Of a stretch of DNA of 64,000 nt, positions 1 to 10,649 are shown one piece after another. Made by a program: the position numbers and the translations under genes. Origin of the DNA: Candidatus Latescibacterota bacterium (lineage in GTDB: Bacteria; Krumholzibacteriota; Krumholzibacteriia; WVZY01); NCBI GenBank assembly GCA_963791045.1, contig CAWBQK010000003.1, positions 43,682 to 107,681 on the forward strand. Reading direction: 5' to 3'. The notes under the pieces are model-generated. The model was not told where the DNA came from. It did no database searches and saw nothing but the letters and a program-made list of their open reading frames with translations. Each line of letters starts with the position of its first letter. Position 1 is the stretch's first letter.

Positions 1-1
1 T

Positions 2-1129
2 TGGATTTCAACAGATACACGCGACCTTGCCGTCGTATCTCTGAACTGGGATGAGCGCGGAGCCTATGTCGTCAAGGCACAGGCGAGATGCGCAAGTCAC
101 ACCGCCATTGAGTCCGAATGGTCGGAGGGATTGGAGATCGAAGTGGGTCTCGGTCCGGACACCGATATATTCCATATCGTCAATATGTACACGATCGGCC
201 GTACGACCTATTCGGATACTCTCGACTTTCGAGATGCCATCCCGGACACGGTACCGTTCGGAAGCTGGATAACACTCTTTTACAAAGGCCAGGACACCAC
301 GTTTGCCGCGGCCGAGTGTCCCGACCCCCTCAACAAATGTCTTTCGTATCAGGTTCAATATTCGCGTGATTCGGACAGGGTTTTCGGAGCGGGCGCCACA
401 TCGGTCTGGTTCCCAAGTCCACCCGAAGATTCAAATCCCTACGGTACTACCGACTCGACCAGTATGAACATCGGCAGTCTCGAATATGCGATTCGGGTGC
501 GTGCGTTTGACTGGTTCGACCGATTCGATCCATCGCCCGCCGAAATCGAAATCGTCGGCAACTTCGATCCCACACTCGACAATTTCGCGATAAGCAACGA
601 AGCCGGCGCTATCGTCGGTGATTCCCAAACACTGTTCTGGAATTTCTGGGAACCGGCGGACAGTGAACTCGTTGTCGATGGCCCGGAGCTCAAGATCCGT
701 AAGACGTTTTTCTTTGTCTTGGACGCGGCCGGTCACGACCATCCGAAGGAACGGCAGGGATCGGGTGTGTTTTCGTGGTATTACCAGTTCGAGCGTGGGG
801 ACGAGGAGGGAGTGTATGATCCGTTCGGCCGCTCGGGCAACTGGGTGGACGGGTTGGATGTGAACGCTTTGAGCGATACGATTCGATGGGTGGTCGAGTA
901 TCCGGTGTCGGACGTTAACGGCGACGAAGTGTTCAACAATCTGCCCGGGTGGATCGACCGCTGGTATGAGTTCTCGGTGATGGGGCGCGACATCGAGAGT
1001 AATGAAATTTTCGAGCAGTACGTGTTCTTCTACGGAGAAAAACAACTCGCCAATTCGTATCTCACCGACCTGCTCGGCCGCTGGACGGCGCCGGGCTCCC
1101 AACGCATCAAATTCTCGATTGTTCGCTAG
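2..1129 (+). CDS. Hypothetical protein, 5'-truncated by the window edge; probably extracytoplasmic with Ig/PKD-like segments
   Basis: The frame of ORF 131..1129 is open back to position 2 (WISTDTRDLAVVSLNWDERGAYVVKAQARCASHTAIESEWSEGLEI...). The protein is acidic and beta-rich, with a TAG stop at 1127-1129. Confidence 0.7.
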   Translation, partial: WISTDTRDLAVVSLNWDERGAYVVKAQARCASHTAIESEWSEGLEIEVGLGPDTDIFHIVNMYTIGRTTYSDTLDFRDAIPDTVPFGSWITLFYKGQDTTFAAAECPDPLNKCLSYQVQYSRDSDRVFGAGATSVWFPSPPEDSNPYGTTDSTSMNIGSLEYAIRVRAFDWFDRFDPSPAEIEIVGNFDPTLDNFAISNEAGAIVGDSQTLFWNFWEPADSELVVDGPELKIRKTFFFVLDAAGHDHPKERQGSGVFSWYYQFERGDEEGVYDPFGRSGNWVDGLDVNALSDTIRWVVEYPVSDVNGDEVFNNLPGWIDRWYEFSVMGRDIESNEIFEQYVFFYGEKQLANSYLTDLLGRWTAPGSQRIKFSIVR

Positions 1130-1144
1130 CTAGTGTGATGTGAG

Positions 1145-1289
1145 GCAAGCGCGGGTGGCGGCTCACGTTCTGGGTTGTTGAAGCCTCTGAGCATGACATC
1201 CCGCACTTCGCTTCGCTCGCCGATGGGGCCCCCGGAGCGGCGCAGCGCAAGCGAGCACGCGCGGGGTAATCGGCGACAGGACCCGCGCT
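1145..1289. repeat. Dispersed palindromic REP/MITE-like element, copy 1
   Basis: 1166-1234 matches 29036-29104 at 67/69 nt. It has a 9-bp terminal inverted repeat, AGCGCGGGT (1148-1156) / ACCCGCGCT (1281-1289). Confidence 0.8.
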
Positions 1290-1307
1290 CAAATTCTCGA
1301 TTGTACG

Positions 1308-2201
1308 TTAACCGAAGCGGCCGGTGACATAGTCGCCGGTTTCGGTCAAATGTGGATTCATAAAGATATCCGATGTGGGTCCGTACTCGATCAGACGGCC
1401 CAGGTACATAAAGGCGGTGAGGTCGCTGACGCGCGCCGCCTGCTGCATGTTATGCGTGACGATCACTATCGAGTACTCGCCGCGGAGCTCCCGCATTAGT
1501 TCCTCCACCTTGCCGGTGGCGAGCGGGTCCAGGGCGGAACAGGGTTCATCCATCAGGAGCACTTCGGGTTCTCCGGCGATTGCCCTCGCGATACACAACC
1601 GCTGCTGCTGACCGCCTGACAGACCAAGCGCGTTGTTGTCCAGCCTGTCTTTGACTTCATCCCAGAGTGCCGCGCCCTTTAGGCTCCGTTCGACCACTTC
1701 GTCGAGAACCTGCTTGTCCCGCTCCCCGTCGACGCGGAGGGAGTACACGACATTTTCATAGACGCTCATCGGGAACGGGTTCGATTTCTGAAAAACCATC
1801 CCCATGCGTTTTCGAAGTTCGATGACATCGACGCCCTTGCCGTAGATCGAGTCACTGTTGAGGAGAATGTCTCCGCCGTAACGAACGTTGTCGAGAAGAT
1901 CATTCAAACGGTTAATCGAGCGTAACAGTGTGGATTTTCCGCAGCCCGACGGACCGATGATCGCCGTTATCTGGCCTTCCGGGATCTTCATGTTGATGTC
2001 GTGAAGAGCCTGGCTCGTCCCATACCAGAAGTTGAAGTCGCTGGTTTCCAGAACGGATGTTTTCTCGTTCACGGCATCGTGAGTTTCCGTCACGACTTTA
2101 TCGCCGCGAGCGATTGCCGCGAGCCGGTCCGATGTTTGGGTCGTATTGGCGGTCAACTCGTCTGCCTCCTCGGCGAGGATATCAAGTTGTGATTGTGTCA
2201 T
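1308..2201 (-). CDS. pstB: Phosphate ABC transporter ATP-binding protein
   Basis: Walker [10 protein letters not shown], signature [24 protein letters not shown] and C-terminal YVTGRFG. Confidence 0.97.
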   Translation of the reverse strand: MTQSQLDILAEEADELTANTTQTSDRLAAIARGDKVVTETHDAVNEKTSVLETSDFNFWYGTSQALHDINMKIPEGQITAIIGPSGCGKSTLLRSINRLNDLLDNVRYGGDILLNSDSIYGKGVDVIELRKRMGMVFQKSNPFPMSVYENVVYSLRVDGERDKQVLDEVVERSLKGAALWDEVKDRLDNNALGLSGGQQQRLCIARAIAGEPEVLLMDEPCSALDPLATGKVEELMRELRGEYSIVIVTHNMQQAARVSDLTAFMYLGRLIEYGPTSDIFMNPHLTETGDYVTGRFG

Positions 2202-2222
2202 AAAGTCATTCCTCGAAATTCA

Positions 2223-3974
2223 TCAAAACTGGTTTGACACGAACTTTTTTCTCAATCGGTTGCGGATCAATATGGCCGCCACGTTGAGGGCGGCAATAAT
2301 CAATATGAGCAGCAAAGTAGTTGTAAATACCATGGGCTTTGCCGCTTCGCTGTTCTGACTCTGGAAACCCACGTCGTAGATGTGGAAGCCCAGATGCATG
2401 AAACTTCTTTGGGGGTGAAAGAAAGGCGCCACGCCGTCGATCGGCAGGTCGGGAGCGAGTTTGACTGCCCCGACCAGCATCAATGGCGCGACTTCACCGG
2501 CGCCCCTTGCCATGGCGAGAATGAATCCGGTCATGATGCCGGGCATTGCGCGTGGGAGAACCACCCGGCGAATCGTCTGCCACTTGCTCGCGCCGCACGC
2601 ATAAGACCCTTCGCGCATCGAGCTGGGAACCGCCGCGAGCGCCTCCTCGGTTGCCACCACAACGACGGGAAGCGTGAGGAGCGCAAGTGTCGCCGATGCC
2701 CAAATGACACCGCCCTTGCCGTACGTGGGGTTCGGGAGTGTGGCGGAAAAGAAAAGCTCGTCGATCGATGCGCCGACGATGTAGCAAAAGAACCCGAGTC
2801 CGAATACGCCAAAAACGATACTCGGAACGCCGGCGAGATTGTTGATCGCGATGCGGACGGCGCTTACCATGGGCCCCGCTTTGGCATACTCGCGGAGGTA
2901 AAGCGCGGCAAGAACTCCGAACGGGACAACGACGGCGGACATCAGGAGTGTCATGATCACCGTGCCGACAATCGCCGGCCACACGCCGCCTTCGCTGTTG
3001 GCCTCGCGCGGGTCGTCAGCAAGGAACTCCCGCCACCGTGACGCGTACACTCCGATCTTGTCCCATAGGTTCAGCCTGTTGGCGGGAATAGCACGGACTA
3101 TTTCGGATAGGGCAAGCGTCGCTTCGCGGCCGTCAATCGTCGTCATGATCATTTGGTAACGTTTGTTTTCCCTCCGAAGCTCATCGATTTCCGCGGACAG
3201 CGATTCTTTTAGTTTTTCGATTTCTTTGACTTCGTCGTTGAACACTCTCGTGGCGGTCGCGTATTCCTGTGTCTCGACGCCTTTGTCGAGCTCAACGGCC
3301 CTCAGTTTGAGACGGGCTTTTTCGAGGCGGGCATGAACGGCTCCATAGTCGATCTTTTGGAGCTTGTGGAGCCGCTTTTGTTTTTTGATCACTTGGTCGT
3401 GGTTTTCGTTGAACTGATTCCAGACCAGTTCGGGGGAGTCTGCCGTGGTGTCACCGTCGATGACAAATCTCGTCGGGAATCCATAGAAACGTCCCCACGC
3501 CTGCCGCTCGATGAGCATGCTCCAGGGGTCTCTCTCCGTTTCGACGACGGCGAAATCGTCAATCCAGTGGAAATGTGTGTTGGTGATATCGAAGTTGCCC
3601 GTCCGGTACAACTGCCGGCGCGTTTCACCCTCTTCCACAAACGGTTTTGCGCGCACGGCGAGTTCCTGGGGGAGCTTGTCGACGGTCGACTGGTCGAGGG
3701 AGTATGTCTCCCGGCGCGTGATCTCTCCCATGTACTTCGAGCCATCCGCCAACCGGACGGTAACGATCTCTGACGGCCAGAATGTCATCGCTCCCTGGGC
3801 GAAAACAAGCGTGAGCAGGCCGACGATCATAACCACGCAAACGGCCAACGCTCCGCCGGTCAACCACACCATGGGTTCCCCGTGGGCGAGGAGCGAAGTC
3901 TTGCCCCTCGTGCGCGTCCGCGTTCGCGGCGCTCCGCCGCTCGATGTATCGTTTTGTCGTGGCTTGTCGTTCAT
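2223..3974 (-). CDS. pstA: Phosphate ABC transporter permease PstA with large periplasmic/coiled-coil insertion
   Basis: PREANSEGGVWPAIVGT, NLAGVPSIVFG and EGSYACGASKWQT (EAA loop); lies between pstC and pstB. Confidence 0.93.
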   Translation of the reverse strand: MNDKPRQNDTSSGGAPRTRTRTRGKTSLLAHGEPMVWLTGGALAVCVVMIVGLLTLVFAQGAMTFWPSEIVTVRLADGSKYMGEITRRETYSLDQSTVDKLPQELAVRAKPFVEEGETRRQLYRTGNFDITNTHFHWIDDFAVVETERDPWSMLIERQAWGRFYGFPTRFVIDGDTTADSPELVWNQFNENHDQVIKKQKRLHKLQKIDYGAVHARLEKARLKLRAVELDKGVETQEYATATRVFNDEVKEIEKLKESLSAEIDELRRENKRYQMIMTTIDGREATLALSEIVRAIPANRLNLWDKIGVYASRWREFLADDPREANSEGGVWPAIVGTVIMTLLMSAVVVPFGVLAALYLREYAKAGPMVSAVRIAINNLAGVPSIVFGVFGLGFFCYIVGASIDELFFSATLPNPTYGKGGVIWASATLALLTLPVVVVATEEALAAVPSSMREGSYACGASKWQTIRRVVLPRAMPGIMTGFILAMARGAGEVAPLMLVGAVKLAPDLPIDGVAPFFHPQRSFMHLGFHIYDVGFQSQNSEAAKPMVFTTTLLLILIIAALNVAAILIRNRLRKKFVSNQF

Positions 3975-3979
3975 ATTTC

Positions 3980-6652
3980 TTACAACTGGTGTGCGCGTTT
4001 GCGGAACCGTAGGCGCACGATTTCAGCGACCGTATTTATCACAAATGTCATCGCAAAAAGAATCAATGCGGCCAGGAAGAGCGTACGGTAATGCGTGCTG
4101 TCTTTCACAGCTTCGGGCATTTCGACGGCGATGTTCGCCGACAATGTCCGGAATCCATTGAATATATTTATGTCGAGAATCGGTGTGTTGCCCGCCGCCA
4201 TGAGAACGATCATCGTTTCGCCGACGGCGCGGCCGAGACCGATCATCATTGCCGAGAAGAGTCCGCTCATCGCCGTCGGTACGACTATGCGGATGGCGGT
4301 CTGCCACTGGGTGGCTCCGGCGCCCAAAGACGCCGCGCGCAGATGTTCGGGGACCGAGGAAAGAGCGTCTTCGGCGATTGTGTAGATAATGGGAATTATC
4401 GCGAATCCCATCACAAAGCCGACTACGAGGGCGTTTCGCTGTACGTAGGTGTCAAAAAACTGGCCATGGCCCCGCGGGTCCAGGCCGGTCTGCTGGAAAA
4501 GCCATGCAACCAGGGCGGCGATCGAGAGGGTCGCGACGGCGCCCACGCCTGCGCGCGTTATGTCGAGAAGGCCGAGCTGCGTCCGGTCGAGTTGTTTGGA
4601 TTTGTTGCGAAACCACGGTCCCATTGTTCTTGTCATGAAGAAGACGACGGTCAAGGCCGATACCGGGATCATCAACAGGAACCATCCGCCAAAACCCGAG
4701 CCTTTGTTTCCGTCGAGCCACAGTGCGATGTCACCGAGAAAGAGAACGCGCTCGACAACAGGTCCGAACACGACGGCGAGGAGCATGCCGATGGGCAGCA
4801 GCGCAAGTAGAAGCAGCAGCCTGAACTGCGCAAAACGAAGCGTGACTCGCTGGGGCAGGAGCTGCCAAATATAGGCGCCGACAAGAATCGTCCCCGGAAC
4901 CGTCACAAAACTGATGAGCGCGGTGGGGACGATTTTTTGGACGAACGGCGCGAAGACCAGCGCCGCGAGAAAGCCAAGAACAACACTCGGCAAGCTCGCC
5001 ATGAATTCGATGAATGTCTTGACCCGAGTGCGAAGCGCCGGCGCCAGAAATTCACTGCTGAATATCGCCGCGAGAAGCGCTATCGGCGCCCCGAAGAGCA
5101 TCGAGTAGAGCGTCGCCTTGAGCGTTCCGAACACGAGCGGCCACAAACCGAATTTTGGCTCAAAATCATCGGTGGCGCTGGATGACTGCCAGACATGCGA
5201 CGGCTTTTTGTAACTCTCATACCAGACAGGAAGAAAAAGAGCGCTGAGAGTGGCTTCGGGATGACCAACATCCATCTCCCAATGCCACAGTCCCTTCGGC
5301 GTCAGTGCGATAATTCCATCATTCTTTGGCGCAATCCGCAGGCCGAGAACCGGTTCTCCGGGGTCGGCGACGAGGTCCAGGATTTTGGCGCCGCTTGTGA
5401 CCTGGTAAACCTTGATCGCTCCTTCACTGTTGCCGACAGCTATGACGCGGCTTCGCGGCGATGAGGCGATCGCGGTTACCGGCGCGTCGCCTGTGTCGAA
5501 GTCGCGAGCGGCAACGAGCACGGCGCCGTCCGGCGTTTTTGCGTCAAGCGGTTTATGTTTGAATGTTGCGAGGACACGACCGTTTGTGTCTCCTGCGAGA
5601 AGGGTTGCCTGGCCGATAAGGAGTTGTACCCGCGTTAGTTCGCCGGAATCTCTCTCCAGCAGGCTCGTTCTTTCCGCGAATCTCGGATTCTCAATGTCCT
5701 GCGTGTCATATCGAACGATATCGCCATCCGGCCAAATCAAGACGGTATTACTTCCGCCCTCCAGTAAGGTCAGGTGCGTCGGCCATTCGCTCCTGTCTTT
5801 GATCCCAAGCCCGCCTTCGTTCACGAGCGGGTCGGGAAGCGTGGCGCTGCGGACCTCCTGAAAGATTTCTCCAGTCATCAGGTTTTCGTACTGGCGTACG
5901 GCGTTGAACCGCAGGACGCCGTCGGAGGTGAGTGTCGTCACGACCGGCCCCGCGTCGTTCACGATGAGGTCGAGAAGAACGACGCTCTGAGTGCTGTCGA
6001 CGAGGATGGGCGGGTTGAGATTGATTCCGAGTTTTTGTCTGCGGAGTTGCCCTTCCGGCGTCATCTCGATAATCGCCGCCTCGTGCGACACCGCACTCCC
6101 GGCTTCGAGATTATTGAACGATTCGGGTAGCGACCCTGGTTCTGGAAAGTCGGTTACAAATCCGATGGATCCGATCTGTACGTGGCCATCGTCGAAACCA
6201 AAGGCGACGGCGTCGCCCTCAACAGGAAAGGCCCACGACACGAGCCGCCTGCCTTCGAACAACACCCGTTCTTCGAGCGGCTCGCCCGTATCGAGCCGGG
6301 ACACTTGAATCGTGCCGTCGGGATAGAGCGCCCAGCCGATTACGCGATACTCGTCGACATTGAAATGGACGGGCGAAATGCCCGCGTTGTCAATTTCGAA
6401 CCGGCTCGACTCATGTGATGATCCGGGAAGGAAAAGCGGGACCACAACGGTTACAAGAAAAAGACACATAGCCAGTACGGCAATGATCGTTCCTATGCCG
6501 CCGGCGGTGATTCCCACGGTCGCGACACGATCGGCGACCTTCACGGACATGCGCGTGTCGTGCCGTCGTGGACGCTTCCGAGACGTTGACTTTATATTGT
6601 CTTGTTTTTTTGCTGACATGATGTTGGACCGGGTGACGGCAAGGGCCGCCAC
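3980..6652 (-). CDS. pstC: Phosphate ABC transporter permease PstC with large N-terminal beta-propeller-like periplasmic domain (alternative start ATG at 6619)
   Basis: LVFGTLKAT, LPSVVLGF, ASLGAGATQWQT, GRAVGETMIV and RTLSANIAVEMPEA. Confidence 0.92.
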   Translation of the reverse strand: MAALAVTRSNIMSAKKQDNIKSTSRKRPRRHDTRMSVKVADRVATVGITAGGIGTIIAVLAMCLFLVTVVVPLFLPGSSHESSRFEIDNAGISPVHFNVDEYRVIGWALYPDGTIQVSRLDTGEPLEERVLFEGRRLVSWAFPVEGDAVAFGFDDGHVQIGSIGFVTDFPEPGSLPESFNNLEAGSAVSHEAAIIEMTPEGQLRRQKLGINLNPPILVDSTQSVVLLDLIVNDAGPVVTTLTSDGVLRFNAVRQYENLMTGEIFQEVRSATLPDPLVNEGGLGIKDRSEWPTHLTLLEGGSNTVLIWPDGDIVRYDTQDIENPRFAERTSLLERDSGELTRVQLLIGQATLLAGDTNGRVLATFKHKPLDAKTPDGAVLVAARDFDTGDAPVTAIASSPRSRVIAVGNSEGAIKVYQVTSGAKILDLVADPGEPVLGLRIAPKNDGIIALTPKGLWHWEMDVGHPEATLSALFLPVWYESYKKPSHVWQSSSATDDFEPKFGLWPLVFGTLKATLYSMLFGAPIALLAAIFSSEFLAPALRTRVKTFIEFMASLPSVVLGFLAALVFAPFVQKIVPTALISFVTVPGTILVGAYIWQLLPQRVTLRFAQFRLLLLLALLPIGMLLAVVFGPVVERVLFLGDIALWLDGNKGSGFGGWFLLMIPVSALTVVFFMTRTMGPWFRNKSKQLDRTQLGLLDITRAGVGAVATLSIAALVAWLFQQTGLDPRGHGQFFDTYVQRNALVVGFVMGFAIIPIIYTIAEDALSSVPEHLRAASLGAGATQWQTAIRIVVPTAMSGLFSAMMIGLGRAVGETMIVLMAAGNTPILDINIFNGFRTLSANIAVEMPEAVKDSTHYRTLFLAALILFAMTFVINTVAEIVRLRFRKRAHQL

Positions 6653-6726
6653 CCAGTCCGGGAAAGCCTAAACGGATCACTATTATGTCGACGCGAATAC
6701 CTCTCCGCGCTTGCGATCGTCTCCGA

Positions 6727-7718
6727 TCAAAGACCGATCCTGGACAGGTCTTCTCCGGCGATCCGCTCGCTGATCGGGAAGTAGCCGTCCTTGAGGACAT
6801 TGCTCTGTCCCTGCGAGCTGAACACGTACTTTATGAACTCAGCCCGGAGCGGATCGAGGTCGCCGCCCGGCTTGTAGTTTACATATAGGTAAAGAAAGCG
6901 CGCCAGCGGGTACTTGCCTGCGTAGGCAAATTCGGCCGTCGCGGGAATCAACTCGGACTTGGCATCGAGCTTGAGAGGCACGGCACGGACGTCGGCCGTC
7001 TTGTAACCAATACCGCTGTAACCAACGCCGTACATGTCGCTGGCGACGCCTTGTACGACGGAAGCGCTTCCGGGCTGCTCTTTGACCGAGTCCTTGAAGT
7101 CGCCCTTGAAGAGGGCGTGCTTTTTGAAATAGCCGTAGGTGCCCGACGCCGAGTTACGTCCGTAAAGACTGATGGGCTTGTTGGCCCACTCGCCCGTGAG
7201 GCCGAGTTGTCCCCAGGTCGTGATGTCTTCGGGATTTCCGCCTTTTCTCGTGCTTTGAAAAAATTGCGTCGAGCTGTTGAAGGGTGCGAAATTCGATCGG
7301 ATTATCTTTGTGAACGTAAACGGCCAACATGTCGATCGCGGTGCTGACGGCCGTCGGTTTGTAACCGTACTTCTTTTCGAACTCGTCGATTTCTTCGCTC
7401 TTCATCGTGCGGCTCATGGGCCGAAGGTCGATGTTCCACTGATCAGCGCCGGCGGCGCGGTGGACGAACCTTTTCCTTCGACTTCGATGTTGACGTTTGG
7501 GATAAAACTTGTGGAAATCCTCGCCCCAGAGCGCCATGAGATTGTTCATGGTGTCCGAGCCGACACTCTTGATGTTCCCGATACTCCGGAAACCGGTTTG
7601 TAGGCTTGGAGCTTCGGATCCACCTTGACGGCTTCTCCGGCGCGGACGAGCTCTCCTCCGGCGATCGTGACCGCGAAACGGCCATGGCGCATATGACCAA
7701 ACACTTGAAAATTGACAT
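6727..7718 (-). CDS. pstS: Phosphate ABC transporter substrate-binding protein, split by several frameshifts
   Basis: Fragments in different frames: signal peptide MSIFKCLVICAMAV, YKPVSGVSG, MNNLMALWGEDF, MSRTMKSEEIDEFEKKYGYKPT..IDMLAVYVHKDNP and GYSGIGYKTA..YPLARFLYLYVN..KDGYFP. Confidence 0.88.
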
Positions 7719-7747
7719 ATTTTCCCCTCATTCGCAATTTTAGGGAA

Positions 7748-7877
7748 TGTCTGGCGCGATCAAATTGAAGCGCCAGACAACGCCTGGCGCGATCAAATTG
7801 AAGCGCCAGACAACGCCTGGCGCGATCAAATTGAAGCGCTAGACAGCGTCTGGCACCATAAATGTATTGTGCCAGAC
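7748..7877. repeat. Tandem 33-bp palindromic repeat (3 units plus a divergent fourth hairpin) in the pstS leader
   Basis: CTGGCGCGATCAAATTGAAGCGCCAGACAACGC occurs at 7751-7783 and 7784-7816, with a variant at 7817-7849. GTCTGGCAC..GTGCCAGAC follows at 7848-7877. Confidence 0.95.
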
Positions 7878-7895
7878 CACGATCGAAGATGTGCC

Positions 7896-7935
7896 TGTTG
7901 CGGAATGTTAGGGAAATTGTTAGGAAAGGATTAGG
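7896..7935 (-). promoter_or_regulatory. Putative Pho-box array upstream of pstS
   Basis: Minus-strand direct repeats CCTAATC, CCTAACA, CCTAACA and CGCAACA at 10-12 bp period; the same motif occurs upstream of the porin. Confidence 0.6.
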
Positions 7936-8108
7936 ATCGCATGCGAAATCGGTGAAAATCGAGATCCGGCGGGTGAGCGGAAAACATCTAATATCAATGC
8001 GTTACGCTACATATCCCATGAAGGGTTGCCCAGAAATTCGCAGCAGGCGAGCGGATCTTGCGGGCGCCCAATGACAAAGAAACCGGTGAGCGGATCTGAG
8101 GCGGTGCT

Positions 8109-10447
8109 TCAAGAATCCGCAATCGACGAACGAATCTCGCGGGCGGCCTCGACCATCGCGACCAGCGAGGGCCGGACCTCCTCCCAGCGCCGTGTCTTGA
8201 GCCCGCAGTCGGGATTGACCCAGATCTGGTCGGGCGCGAGCACTTCGACGGCCTTTTCGAGCAGATCGAACCATTTCTTCGCGCGATGGGATACGCGGCG
8301 AATGGATATCGTAGACACCCGGGCCGATTTCGTTCGGGATACTGGAATTTCTGAAGGCCTCGAGAAGCTCCATCTGCGACCGCGACGCCTCGATAGAGAT
8401 CACGTCGGCATCCATTCGCGCGATCGCCTCGATGATCTCGTTGAACTCCGAGTAGCACATGTGCGTGTGGATCTGCGTCTCGTCGCGGACACCCGATGAG
8501 GCCAGCCGGAACGCCTCGACGGCCCAGCTCGAGATACGTCGTCCCATCGGTCGCCGGCGCAGCGGGAGTCCCTCGCGAATCGCCGGTTCGTCGATCTGGA
8601 TGATCTGGATGCCGGCCGCTTCCAGATCGATTACCTCGTCGCGGATGGCGAGCGCGATCTGCCGGCATGTATCGCGAGCGGGGCTGATCGTCGCGAACGA
8701 ACGACCACTGAAGAATCGTGACCGGCCCGGTGAGCATTCCTTTGACCGGTTGGTCGGTGAGCGACTGCGCGTACTGCGCCCAGTCGACGGTCATCGGGTC
8801 TGGGCGTTCGACGTCGCCAAAAATGATCGGCGGTTTGACACATCGCGATCCGTAGCTTTGAACCCAACCGTTCTCGGTGAACGCGAACCCGGACAGCTTT
8901 TCGCCGAAATATTCGACCATGTCGTTGCGCTCGGACTCGCCATGAACGAGCACGTCGAGGCCTGACTTCTTCCTGGAAGCGGATGGTCTTTTCGATCTCT
9001 TCTTTGATAAAAGCCTCGTACTTCGGCGTGTCCAGTTTGCCGCGTCCGATACGCCGCCCGCGCCTTGCCGGACCTCCGTGGTCTGCGGGAACGAACCGAT
9101 CGTCGTCGTCGGAAACAGCGGCAGCCCGAGCGTTTCGCGCTGGACCTTTTGGCGTTCGGGGAAAGGCCGGTGCCGATAGAGCATATCGCTCGGACACGTC
9201 TTTGGCTCTTTTTTCGACGGTTCGGGGAGGTGAATGAGTGTCGACGATGGTCCTTCGTTCGTTGGAAAGCGGGTTGGTTCGAGCATATCCTTGACCGACG
9301 CAGCGCCATCATTCAAGGCCCGCGTCGAACGTTGTAATTTCGGCGAGTTTTTGTCTCGCAAACGCCATCCAGTCCATGATCTCGTCGTCGAGTTTTTCTC
9401 CAGTGCAAGATCGACGGGGAGTGGAGCAGAGAGCACGATGGGCCGACGATGACCCGTTCGGTGCCGATCGTGTCGATCGGCTTTCTCGAGAACTCCGAGC
9501 GTTTTCTCCAGATCGGCCTTCCAGATATTTCGGCCGTCGATTACCCAAGAGAAAGCGATCATGTCGCCGGGGACCGTTCAAGTATGGCGTCGAGCTGCTC
9601 CGGGAGCGCGGACGAGATCGATGTGGAGCCCGGCGACGGGGAGCTGCGAGTGTGGTCGAGATTGTCGGTAAGCGTCCCCGAAGTAAGTGGTCAATACAAT
9701 CTTGAGGTCGGGCGCCGCGTGCGTCGAGGATCGTGAGTAGGCTGTCTTGAAAGCATCTTTGACGTCGGGATCGAGATCCAGGACGAGGCACGGTTCATCG
9801 ATCTGAACCCAGGCCGCGCCGGCTTTGGAGAGGCGCTTCAAACGTCGTCGTATACAAAAAGAAGATCGTCGAGAAGGTCGAGAGGTTTGACATTGGGGGC
9901 CTTCGATTTGCCGAGAAGAAGAAACGATACGGGTCCGAGTAGGACGGGGCGTGTGTCGATTCCGAGCGATTTCGCCTCTTCGTACATGTCGATCGGACGA
10001 GTGGAAGCGAGCCTGAACTTTTGATCCTTCTCGAACTCGGGAACAATATAGTGATAGTTGGTGTCGAACCACTTGGTCATCGCCATCGCCGGCGCGCTCA
10101 ACCCTTCGTCTTCACCGGCGCCGTCTGAATGTTTCTCCTGCACACCCCGCGCCATCGCAAAATATGTGGTCAGATCGACACGGTCGGTCGTCCCATGCGA
10201 AACGCTCGGGCACGGCGCCGACCATCGCGGCGGTGTCGAGGACGTGATCGTAAAGGGAGAACTCGTTCGACGGGATGTGGTCGATTCCGGCCTCTTTCTG
10301 GAGCCGCCAGTTGTCCTGCCGGATCGTTCGGCTCGCTTCATCGAGATCGGCTTCGCTGATCGCACCGGACCAGTATTTCTCGAGGGCCTTTTTGAGTTCA
10401 CGTTTTGGGCCAATTCTCGGATAACCAAGTGTCGTAGCGAGTACCAT
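8109..10447 (-). CDS. metE: Cobalamin-independent methionine synthase, heavily frameshifted
   Basis: Fragments: [98 protein letters not shown] and [11 protein letters not shown]. Confidence 0.92.
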
Positions 10448-10620
10448 GCGTGTCCCTTTCTAAATGGTCTTCGGATAGGCTATTCTGGGACGGGTCGTGG
10501 CGCAGGATTCGAGTGAATCCGCAGCGATCGCTATCGCTCCGTTGCGCGCCGAGGACCTCCGAATCGGCGCCATCCCGTGGTCGATGCGCCGTCAATTCGG
10601 CGGCGTCGTAAGTGGCCCAA

Positions 10621-10649
10621 AATATATACAATGGAGAATCGGCGGTCAA
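10621..10649 (-). promoter_or_regulatory. Sigma70-type promoter for metE
   Basis: Minus strand TTGACC-N17-TATATT. Confidence 0.6.

Noticed and set aside
7748-7877. Possible mini-CRISPR array
   Set aside because: The units are directly adjacent with no unique spacers, and there are no cas genes in the window.
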